64,000 bases of DNA from Elusimicrobiota bacterium. GTDB lineage: Bacteria > Elusimicrobiota > Elusimicrobia > UBA1565 > UBA9628. The position numbers were made by a program, and so were the translations under genes. The notes under the pieces were generated by a model, which was given only the letters and a program-made list of their open reading frames with translations, had not been told where the DNA came from and did no database searches. The DNA lies in assembly GCA_044450965.1 (NCBI GenBank), contig JBIOJO010000014.1:3425-67424 (forward strand), read 5' to 3'. This document shows, piece after piece, positions 9,569 to 17,256 of the stretch; the first letter of the stretch is position 1, and every line of letters begins with the position of its first letter.

Positions 9569-10282
9569 ATGATCCTAGCCCCCCTCCTTTTCGCGCTCGC
9601 CGCCGCCGCGCCCGCGCAGGATTTCATGATGCCGGAGGAAATTGGGGCCGTGATGCAAGGGATGCGGAACGTCGCCGCCCAATCCAAGGCCGCGGCGCGG
9701 CCTCCGGCGGCGGCCTCCGCCGACGCGGATGCGTTCGCGCGCGCGCTGACCGCGGGGCTCTGGGGCGGCGGCCGGGCCGATCGCCTTCCCTCCTCGCTCC
9801 CGCGCGCGTTCGCGCTGACGGCGCCGGACGCGACGGCCCGGGCGGCCCAGCCGGCGCCGATCAACCGCGGCTTCCAGGGACTGGGACAGGCGGGCAAGAC
9901 GGGACGGGTCAAAGGCCCCGGAATCTTCGGCTCGGGCGACGGCACCTACCGCGTGATCGAGAACACGCCGTGGCAGGTCGTGCTCCAGATGAAAACGGGC
10001 TATATCGACGGCCGCTTCACCTTGAAGCGCGACGCGGCCACGGGCAAGGACTCGCTGGGCTTCTCGGGCCGGCTGTGGGACGCCGACAACGGCCGCATGG
10101 GGCCGCCCACCGACAGCGCCAACGACGGCCAGGTCAGCTACGACCCGGCCTCCGACACGGGCGGCATCGCCTGGCGCCTGAACGGCGAATGGAAGCAGGA
10201 CGCCTACCACGGCGGCCGCGCCGGCGCCGCGGGGATGACGATCTCCCTCGGCGGCCACGGCCACGACTTCCTCCAGGACTGA
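9569..10282 (+). CDS. Exported hypothetical protein, beta-rich C-terminal domain
   Basis: Signal peptide MILAPLLFALAAAAPA. Typical codon usage. TATTCT 6 nt before the ATG. Confidence 0.75.
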   Translation: MILAPLLFALAAAAPAQDFMMPEEIGAVMQGMRNVAAQSKAAARPPAAASADADAFARALTAGLWGGGRADRLPSSLPRAFALTAPDATARAAQPAPINRGFQGLGQAGKTGRVKGPGIFGSGDGTYRVIENTPWQVVLQMKTGYIDGRFTLKRDAATGKDSLGFSGRLWDADNGRMGPPTDSANDGQVSYDPASDTGGIAWRLNGEWKQDAYHGGRAGAAGMTISLGGHGHDFLQD

Positions 10283-10299
10283 GCGCTCGTCCTATCGTA

Positions 10300-10328
10300 T
10301 TGACACGGCGGGGGATGAGGACTATACT
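10300..10328 (+). promoter_or_regulatory. Near-consensus sigma70 promoter of first dctP
   Basis: TTGACA (10300-10305), 17 nt, TATACT (10323-10328). AGGAG SD before ATG 10371. Confidence 0.75.
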
Positions 10329-10370
10329 AACTCGGATACGCCGCTGGATGCGTTTTCACAGGAGAAGAAT

Positions 10371-11441
10371 ATGACGACGCGAACAGCGGCAGGCTTCCGT
10401 TTTTTGTCGGCCAAGGCGATCCTGCAGACGTGCGTCTCCCTCTCCCTCCTCGCGCCGGCGTGTCTCGCCGCCCCGGCCAAGGCCGCTCCCGAACCGAAGG
10501 TCATCCGGTGGATCGTGGCGCATGACCGCGGCAACTCTTTCTTCACGGGCGTGCTCGACCGCTTCGCCGCGGACGTGGCGAAGCGCTCGGAAGGAGCGCT
10601 CAAGGTCGAGTTCGTTCCGAGCAAGGCTTCGGACACGACCCTCGACGATGACGCCTATCAGAAAGTGATCCAGGGCTCCGCCGACATGAGCCAGTTGGAC
10701 GCCTCGCGCGCCGGGGCGCCCGTTTTCCAGGCCCCGATGCTGTTCCGCAACTACGACCACGCGGAGGTCGTCTTCGAGGGCCCGGTCGGCAAGAAGCTTC
10801 TGAACGGCGTGGCCGCCGACTCCCAAGGACGTCTCGAAGGACTGGCCTTCACCTACAGCGGCGGATACCGCATCCTGGTCGGCAGCATCGCCGTCCACCA
10901 GCTGTCGGATCTCAAGGGAGCCCGGATGCGCCGCAACGCCGGGCCGGCGAGATTCATGGGCGAACTGGGGGCCAACCTCGTCGACCTGGGGGCGGAGTCG
11001 CGGGAGCGGCCGATCCAAGGAATCTTGCAGGGGAAGCTGGACCTCGAGGAGACCGAGATCAACCGGCTCGCCATCGTCGGGCAGGACCACCCCGAGTTTC
11101 TCAAGAACTTGGCCTACATCAATCTCACCCGGCACCGCATGTACGTCACGGCGATCGTCGCCAACGTGAAGTTCTTGAAGGGCCTCCCCGAGGCCCAGCG
11201 GCGCATGCTTGAGCTGGAGATCAAGAATCTCTCGGTCGCGGAGCGGAAGCTGTCGGTGGATCTCGAAGCCCGCAACCTCAAGGCCCTGCAGGCCGGCGGG
11301 GCGAAAATCGTGACGCTTCCCGACTCGGAGCGCGCCAAGCTCGCCCAGGCCGCCAAGAGCTTCCTGAAGGGGTTCCCCGAGCTCGCGGCCTCCGTGAAGG
11401 AAATCCAGGCCGCCCCCGACACGCGACTCGCGCGTCAGTAG
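10371..11441 (+). CDS. dctP: TRAP transporter substrate-binding protein (DctP family)
   Basis: Signal peptide. FAADVAKRSEGALKVE, FQAPMLFRNYDH, FEGPVGKKLL, LAFTYSGGYR, DLKGARMR. Confidence 0.85.
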   Translation: MTTRTAAGFRFLSAKAILQTCVSLSLLAPACLAAPAKAAPEPKVIRWIVAHDRGNSFFTGVLDRFAADVAKRSEGALKVEFVPSKASDTTLDDDAYQKVIQGSADMSQLDASRAGAPVFQAPMLFRNYDHAEVVFEGPVGKKLLNGVAADSQGRLEGLAFTYSGGYRILVGSIAVHQLSDLKGARMRRNAGPARFMGELGANLVDLGAESRERPIQGILQGKLDLEETEINRLAIVGQDHPEFLKNLAYINLTRHRMYVTAIVANVKFLKGLPEAQRRMLELEIKNLSVAERKLSVDLEARNLKALQAGGAKIVTLPDSERAKLAQAAKSFLKGFPELAASVKEIQAAPDTRLARQ

Positions 11442-12490
11442 ACGCCGGGAGCTTTCCGGGACGGGTAGGCCTGCTCGGCGGTCTTCTGCTTCGCCTCAAG
11501 GCCGGCCAACGCCTCGCCGCGCTTCGACAGCGCGTCCGCGGGGCCCGCGCCTTTCAACAAGCCTCGCGCCGCCTCGATCTCGCGAGCGGCGTGGGCGCCG
11601 ATCGCGAGGCAGTCCTCGTCCAGGCGGGCGAGACGGGCTTGGGGCGCCCTTTGGGTGCCGAAGAGGGCGCCGGCCTTCTTTTCGAGCGCCTCCTCGAGCG
11701 GACGGCAGACCGCGGGGTCCGGCTCCAATAACGCGCGGCACAGCGGGTTGGCGCGGCACTTGTCGAGCGAGCCCTCGGACTTGGCCCTGCGATACAAGCC
11801 CGTCGCCACGCAGATCTCGGCTCCCGGGGTCTCGGCGTTGCCGGCCCGATACGAGGTGCGGCAGAATTCCTCGCTCCCGAGTCCGAGCAAAGACTTCATC
11901 TCCCACGCGCATTCATGCGTGACATAGCCGGGCCCGGGATGGGTCCAGTCCGCGATGTGGTCGCAGGCGAGCGGGTAGTCCCCCCGGCGGACCAAGGCGT
12001 CGCAGACCCGCGCGATGACGTCGGGCGGCGGCAATTTGGGAGCGAGCTCGCACCAGTTCGCGCACGCCGCCGGAGCGGTTTTGTCCCGGGCGATCAGGGC
12101 CTCGGAGAACTGCCCCATGCGGAAAAGACGGCTGCACATGCGCTGTCCGGACTCGGGCCGGCCGGGCAGGTCCGCCAGCGAGTCGCAGGGCTCGGAACGG
12201 CGCGAGACGAGCGCGAGGCACGTCTGGTGGACGATCAGTTCCGAGGAGATGAGATCCCTCATCCCGCGGTCGTGCATGACGATCTCGGCGTCCAACCGCG
12301 GGATGAACGCGGGGCCGCCGGCCGCCAACTCGGCGCGGACGCTCTCGCAGCGTCCGAAGGCGGCCTGAAGGCGCGTCACGTCCGCCAGCGCGGCGTCGAT
12401 CCGCTCCGCCGGGGACGGCGGTTCCGCGACCGCCGCGGGCGCGCCCGACAAAACGAGTACGGCCAGCGCCCGAGCCAGGGACACGCTCAC
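11435..12490 (-). CDS. Exported Cys-rich hypothetical protein (paralogue 3)
   Basis: Signal peptide. C-x10-C and C-x17-C-x5-CRALL motifs. TTGACG-17-TAGATT ends 6 nt before the GTG. Confidence 0.75.
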   Translation of the reverse strand: MSVSLARALAVLVLSGAPAAVAEPPSPAERIDAALADVTRLQAAFGRCESVRAELAAGGPAFIPRLDAEIVMHDRGMRDLISSELIVHQTCLALVSRRSEPCDSLADLPGRPESGQRMCSRLFRMGQFSEALIARDKTAPAACANWCELAPKLPPPDVIARVCDALVRRGDYPLACDHIADWTHPGPGYVTHECAWEMKSLLGLGSEEFCRTSYRAGNAETPGAEICVATGLYRRAKSEGSLDKCRANPLCRALLEPDPAVCRPLEEALEKKAGALFGTQRAPQARLARLDEDCLAIGAHAAREIEAARGLLKGAGPADALSKRGEALAGLEAKQKTAEQAYPSRKAPGVY

Positions 12491-12496
12491 CCGGCC

Positions 12497-12572
12497 AATC
12501 TATATAAAGCGCGCGCGAGCGTCAAGCCCGGCGCCGGCGTCACTTGACAAGCCCGGAAATCGGAGCTATGCT
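12497..12572. promoter_or_regulatory. Back-to-back divergent sigma70 promoters
   Basis: Minus strand: TTGACG (12525-12520), 17 nt, TAGATT (12502-12497). Plus strand: TTGACA (12544-12549), 17 nt, TATGCT (12567-12572). Confidence 0.7.
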
Positions 12573-12610
12573 AGATCGAGAATTACGACTTAGACTTAAA
12601 GGGGAACCAC

Positions 12611-13690
12611 ATGAACCGCCGATCCCAAGAGATCCTTGTTTTTTCAGCCCTCCTGATCTCGCTGGCCGTTCCGGCCCGGGCCGCGACCTACAAGATTCAT
12701 TGGTACCTCGGCCACCAAAACCTCGACTACTTCGAGGAAGCCGCTAAGGATTTCAAGAAGACCGTCGAGACCGGCACCAAGGGAGACGTTTCGGTGGACA
12801 TCGTCCTGCAGGCGACGGACGACACGCATCCCGGCCAGCCGTCCGACATCGCGGCCAAGGTCGCCAGCGGCGAGATCGAAATGGGCCATTCGTTCGTCGA
12901 CGTCATGGGCTCGGTGGATCCGCGGTACCACGCTTTCGAAGCCCCGTATCTTTTCCGCGGCTATCGGCACATGGAAGGGACCTTCGAGGGGCCGGTGGGC
13001 TCCGAACTCCTCGCCGATCTCCAAACGCGCGGCATCGAGGGCCTGTCCTTCACCTACAGCGGCGGCGCCAACGGCGTGGCGACGACGAACCGCGAACTGC
13101 GCTCCCCGGAGGACCTCAAAGGGCTCAAGATCGGCTGCTACGGCGACGCGGTCGACCAGGCCTGGCTCAAGACGCTGGGCGCGACCCCGGTCCCCCTCGC
13201 CCACAGGATCGACTCGATCGACAAAATGGCGCGCGGCGGCGAACTGGATGGAGTCGTCATCACGTGGCGCAATCTCGAGCGCGAGTCGCTCGACACGACC
13301 TTCAACTACTTCAACCTCCCGAACTCCTCTTACCTGGTCAGCGTGACCTACATCAACAAGAAGTACTTCGAGGGCATGCCGAAGGCCTACCGGGACCTGA
13401 TCTCCCGCGCCTCTCTGGAGGCGGGACGCATCGAGCGCGCCCGCACCATCGAGCTCAACGAGGACGCGCGCCGCGAGCTGACCAGCAAGGGCGTTCGCGC
13501 CGTCTACCTCACCGAGGCCAACCGCGCCCGCATGGTCAGGGCGCTCGTGCCCGCCTACGCCGAGATCGACAAGGTCCTGGGCCGCGATCTCGTGCAGAAG
13601 ATCAAGGACACGAAGGATTCCGCCGTCAGTCCCTTGATCCCTGAGAAGATCGCGCGCATCGAGCGCGTGAAATCCGGGGGAGCGAACTGA
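12611..13690 (+). CDS. dctP: TRAP transporter substrate-binding protein (DctP family), second paralogue
   Basis: Signal peptide. FEAPYLFRGYRH, FEGPVGSELL, LSFTYSGG, SPEDLKGLKIG, LGATPVPL. Confidence 0.85.
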   Translation: MNRRSQEILVFSALLISLAVPARAATYKIHWYLGHQNLDYFEEAAKDFKKTVETGTKGDVSVDIVLQATDDTHPGQPSDIAAKVASGEIEMGHSFVDVMGSVDPRYHAFEAPYLFRGYRHMEGTFEGPVGSELLADLQTRGIEGLSFTYSGGANGVATTNRELRSPEDLKGLKIGCYGDAVDQAWLKTLGATPVPLAHRIDSIDKMARGGELDGVVITWRNLERESLDTTFNYFNLPNSSYLVSVTYINKKYFEGMPKAYRDLISRASLEAGRIERARTIELNEDARRELTSKGVRAVYLTEANRARMVRALVPAYAEIDKVLGRDLVQKIKDTKDSAVSPLIPEKIARIERVKSGGAN

Positions 13691-15153
13691 TCGCTCGCGC
13701 GGGCCTCGCTCTCCTCCTCGGATCCGCCCTGGCCGTAGCCGCCGCACCTGACGACTCGGCTGTCGCCCTGAGGACGCGCGTGGCGTCCGAGCTCAACGGC
13801 TCCAATCCGTGGCGCGCCCTGCGCCTGGCCCGTCAATGGGCTTCCCTCCCCGGCCTGGCCGACGGGGAGCGCGCCGACGCCCTGATTCAGGAAGCCGGCG
13901 CCTGCGCGGAGATCGGCGATTACGCGGGGGCGGAGACGGCGCTGTCGCAGGCGTTGAAGGCGCGGCCCGGCGACCCCGAGGCCTCCTATCTGCTGGCCGA
14001 GGCGACGCGCGACCGCCCGGAACAAGCCCTGACCCGGGCCGAGGACGCGGCCAAAGCCGCGGGCCCGGCGCGGCGCCGGGCCGCGGCCTACCGGCTCTCC
14101 GCCCAGATCCGCCTCGATCTCGGCGACGCCGACGGGGCGCGCGCGGCCCTCGACCGCGCGCTGGAGCTCGCTCCCGACGACGTCGCGACGCTCGCCCTGG
14201 CGTCGGCCGCGCGCCGAGCGGAGCCCGGGACGGCCGCGAAGCTCGCGAAAGCCGCGTGCGCCGCCGCCGACTCCCAGCCGGCCTGGCGCCGTTCGTCGGC
14301 CGAACGGGTCTGCGCGCGCGCCCTCGCCGACGCGAAGGACTACGCCGGCGCGATGACGGCGCTGGGGAAGGCCCTTTCCATCGAGCTCGACGACGCCGAC
14401 ACGCTGCGGGAAATGGTCCGCGTCCGCCGGCTCAGCCCCGCCGAAGCGCTGCCGTCCGTCGCCGCGGCCGCCCCCGACGCGATCGTCACGCCGGCGCAGG
14501 CGCGGCGCGCGCTCGCCGAGGATCCCGACGACTTGGCGGCTCTCGCGGCGCTCTTCGACGCCGAGCGGGCCGCGGGACACAAGCGGGAGGCGGCCGAGCT
14601 TGCCGAGCGCTTCACCTCGTCGATCCGCCGATCCGACCACTGGCAGCGCCTCGAGGCCTACCGCCGCAGCGCCCAGCAGTGGATCGACCTCGGGGAGCCG
14701 AAGAACGCGATCGGCAGCCTGTTCCGCGCCGAGGACCTCGACGCCGCGTCCGTTCCCAACGAGAAGCTGATCGTCAAGGCGTCGGGGCGGGCCGTCGAGG
14801 GGCCGATTTCGGAGGCCTACGACGCCGCGGCCAAGCTCCGCGTCGCGCTCGGCGACCCGGCCGGAGCCGACGCGACTCTCGAGCGGGGGCTGAAACTCTC
14901 CCCCGACAGCCAATACGTCCTTCAGCTCATGGTCGAGCGGAAGCTGACCGAATCCAAGCCGCTCGAGGCGCTTCCGTACGCCGAACGCCAGGTCGCGGCC
15001 GCCGAGAAGGCGGCCCAGCCGGCCTCCTGGAACCCGGAGAAGCGCGGAGTGGTGAGCGGCGCCGACGCCGCGCGCGAGGGAGACCTCGCGAACGCGCGCC
15101 GGACGCTCGAGATGGTGCGCAAGGCTATCGCCGCGAAGAGAACCGGGCAATAG
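13687..15153 (+). CDS. Exported tetratricopeptide-repeat protein; probable CTG start (alternative GTG 13780)
   Basis: Repeated TPR-like helices (GDYAGAETALSQALKARPGD, GDADGARAALDRALELAPDD, GDPAGADATLERGLKLSPDS). In-frame signal peptide lies upstream of the GTG. Confidence 0.75.
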   Translation: MIARAGLALLLGSALAVAAAPDDSAVALRTRVASELNGSNPWRALRLARQWASLPGLADGERADALIQEAGACAEIGDYAGAETALSQALKARPGDPEASYLLAEATRDRPEQALTRAEDAAKAAGPARRRAAAYRLSAQIRLDLGDADGARAALDRALELAPDDVATLALASAARRAEPGTAAKLAKAACAAADSQPAWRRSSAERVCARALADAKDYAGAMTALGKALSIELDDADTLREMVRVRRLSPAEALPSVAAAAPDAIVTPAQARRALAEDPDDLAALAALFDAERAAGHKREAAELAERFTSSIRRSDHWQRLEAYRRSAQQWIDLGEPKNAIGSLFRAEDLDAASVPNEKLIVKASGRAVEGPISEAYDAAAKLRVALGDPAGADATLERGLKLSPDSQYVLQLMVERKLTESKPLEALPYAERQVAAAEKAAQPASWNPEKRGVVSGADAAREGDLANARRTLEMVRKAIAAKRTGQ

Positions 15154-15233
15154 GCCCGGTCTTCCTCGTCCTCGGATCGTCCTAGACCCGCCGCTCCAGC
15201 CGCCCGCCCCTGTCGTTCCGGCATTCCCGCATA

Positions 15234-15251
15234 TGTCTATTATTATAGACA
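15234..15251. promoter_or_regulatory. AT-rich palindrome TGTCTAT-N4-ATAGACA, candidate transcription-factor operator
   Basis: Perfect 7-4-7 inverted repeat in the intergenic DNA about 120 nt upstream of purF. Confidence 0.45.
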
Positions 15252-15369
15252 CTGTTCCTGAGCATCGAAACGGTCCGCGCGGCGGCGGCGGGAAAGCGCG
15301 GGCCGAAAAACACCTTGAAAGCGCGTCGCGCTTATTTATTCGGAGCCCATCAAGAGTTATACTTTCGGC

Positions 15370-16743
15370 ATGTGCGGAATCTTCGCCGTCGCGGGACGTC
15401 CGGACGCCGCCGAACTGACCCAACTGGGCCTGTTCGCTCTGCAGCATCGCGGCCAGGAGTCGGCGGGCATCGTGACCGTCGGCCGGGACAACGCGTTCCA
15501 CACGCGCATCGGCATGGGGCTGGTCTCCGAGGTGTTCGCCGACGGGACGACCGCCCTCGAGGGCCGCACGGCCATCGGCCACGTGCGCTACGCGACGACG
15601 GGCGCCAGCCATCTCAAGAACGCCCAGCCTCTCGTCTACAAGACCGTCCACGGCCCCATCGCGGTCGCTCACAACGGCAACCTGACCAACGCCAATCAGC
15701 TGAAGGCCAAGCTCGAGGGCCGCGGCGCCATCTTCCAGTCGTCCACCGACTCGGAGGTCATCGTTCACCTGCTCGCGCGCCAGGAAGGCCCCGTCGAGGA
15801 CGCGCTGATCGCCAGCCTGCGCCAGGTGGAGGGCGCCTATTCCCTGATCCTCCTCACCCCCGAGAAGATCATCGCGGTCCGCGATCCCTACGGCTTCCGC
15901 CCGCTGATCCTGGGCCGCCTCGGCGCCACGCACGTGTTCGCGTCGGAGACGTCCGGACTGAACCTGATCGGCGCCGAGGTCGTGCGCGAGCTGGAGCCCG
16001 GCGAGATGATCATCGTCGAGGAAGGCAAGCTCAAGGCGCTGAAGCCTTTCGCCCCGGTGCCCGCGCCCGCGCGCTGCGTTTTCGAGCAGGTTTATTTCGC
16101 CCGCCCCGACTCCATGATCTTCGGCCGAGGCGTCCAGGCCGCGCGCCGCGACCTGGGCCGCGCGCTCGCGCGCGAGATGGCGGGAGTGAAGGCCGACGTC
16201 GTCGTGCCCGTCCCCGACTCCGGCGTGTCCGCGGCCCTCGGTTTCGCCGAGGTGTCCGGCATCCCGTTCGAGATGGGCCTGGTCCGCTCGCACTACGTGA
16301 GCCGCACCTTCATCAAACCCACCCAGGAGCTGCGCGAGAAGGCGGCGATGCTCAAGCTGGCTCCCGTGCCCGAGGCCCTGCGCGGCAAGCGCGTGCTCCT
16401 GATCGACGACTCCATCGTGCGCGGCACGACCTCGAAGAAGATCTGCAAGAGCCTGCGCGAGGCCGGCGCGCGCGAGATCCACATGGGCGTCACCAGCCCG
16501 CCAATCGTCTCGCCGTGCTACTACGGCATCGACACGCCGCGCGCCGCGGAGCTGATCGCCAACGTCCACTCCCAGGACGAGATCCGGAAGTTCCTGGAAG
16601 TGGATACTCTGCACCATCTGAGCCTGCAGGGCATGCTCCGCGCCGTCGGCAAGGGCGACGAGTCGGGCTGGTGCACCGCCTGCTTCTCCCGCCGCTACCC
16701 GACCCCGATCCCCGACTACCAAGTCGCCGAAGCGGTGAAGTGA
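15370..16743 (+). CDS. purF: Amidophosphoribosyltransferase
   Basis: N-terminal MCGIF (Ntn Cys). LQHRGQESAG, GHVRYAT, HNGNLTN, PRPP motif IDDSIVRGTT, Fe-S cysteines (PCYYGID, CTAC). Confidence 0.98.
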   Translation: MCGIFAVAGRPDAAELTQLGLFALQHRGQESAGIVTVGRDNAFHTRIGMGLVSEVFADGTTALEGRTAIGHVRYATTGASHLKNAQPLVYKTVHGPIAVAHNGNLTNANQLKAKLEGRGAIFQSSTDSEVIVHLLARQEGPVEDALIASLRQVEGAYSLILLTPEKIIAVRDPYGFRPLILGRLGATHVFASETSGLNLIGAEVVRELEPGEMIIVEEGKLKALKPFAPVPAPARCVFEQVYFARPDSMIFGRGVQAARRDLGRALAREMAGVKADVVVPVPDSGVSAALGFAEVSGIPFEMGLVRSHYVSRTFIKPTQELREKAAMLKLAPVPEALRGKRVLLIDDSIVRGTTSKKICKSLREAGAREIHMGVTSPPIVSPCYYGIDTPRAAELIANVHSQDEIRKFLEVDTLHHLSLQGMLRAVGKGDESGWCTACFSRRYPTPIPDYQVAEAVK

Positions 16744-16761
16744 TGCCGCGCCTCCGCTGAA

Positions 16762-17199
16762 ATGGAGCCGCCCAAGGCCTTCTCGGGGATGGCGCGGAGA
16801 TCGCGAGGCCCTTTCGACTGGCCTCTCTTTTTCCGCCGGCTTCCGTTCCAGCCGGTGCCTCTGTGGCTGCTGCTGAGCGCGCTGGCCGGGCCCTTCGCCC
16901 GCGCGTTCCCGGCGCTGACGCGCGCCGCCTGCCAGGGCAGCCTGCGCGCGTCGCTGATGTCGGCGGAGCTGGTGGTCTATACCGCCGTCGCTCCCGCCCT
17001 GGCCACGGCCGTGTTTTATCTGGCCGTCGGCCGCCGCCGGCTCGAAAACCCGGATCACCGGCTGATCGCCGACGCGTCTTTCGCGCTGATGCTGACGCTC
17101 ACCTGCGTGGACGGCTTTCTTTTGGCGGGGCGAATCCGCGAACAATGGTCCTCGTTGCGCCCCGGATTGGCGGCCATCCGCGCCGTCTGCTGGCCCTGA
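16762..17199 (+). CDS. Small hypothetical membrane protein
   Basis: ORF fills the gap after purF and has three hydrophobic segments. Start position uncertain. Confidence 0.5.
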   Translation: MEPPKAFSGMARRSRGPFDWPLFFRRLPFQPVPLWLLLSALAGPFARAFPALTRAACQGSLRASLMSAELVVYTAVAPALATAVFYLAVGRRRLENPDHRLIADASFALMLTLTCVDGFLLAGRIREQWSSLRPGLAAIRAVCWP

Positions 17200-17220
17200 T
17201 TCCCGGACATCTTCTGGGGC

Positions 17221-17249
17221 TTGCCAATTTCGCCAATCCAGGTTACAGT
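17221..17249 (+). promoter_or_regulatory. Sigma70 promoter, probably leaderless
   Basis: TTGCCA (17221-17226), 17 nt, TACAGT (17244-17249), then 7 nt to ATG 17257. Confidence 0.6.
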
Positions 17250-17256
17250 TAGCCCT

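Noticed and set aside
8239-10374. 711-aa plus-strand ORF across the Cys-rich genes
   Set aside because: It spans a promoter-containing intergenic region and overlaps three better-supported genes.
15190-15350. Possible ZTP or PRPP riboswitch upstream of purF (GCCGCCCGCC seen near 15199)
   Set aside because: The following TGGGC and the 5' GACTGGCG element are absent, no ykkC core is visible, and the purF -10 lies 6 nt from the ATG, leaving no leader.
16743-16760. Mini-ORF MPRLR overlapping the purF stop
   Set aside because: Five codons with no supporting feature. Could be chance or a frameshifted start of the next gene.
13555-17145. 1196-aa minus-strand ORF and similar very long antisense ORFs (23047-26430, 39067-42405, 2674-4473, 57619-59379)
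   Set aside because: Shadow frames of well-supported plus-strand genes in high-GC DNA. Arg/Gly/Ala-rich with no motifs.
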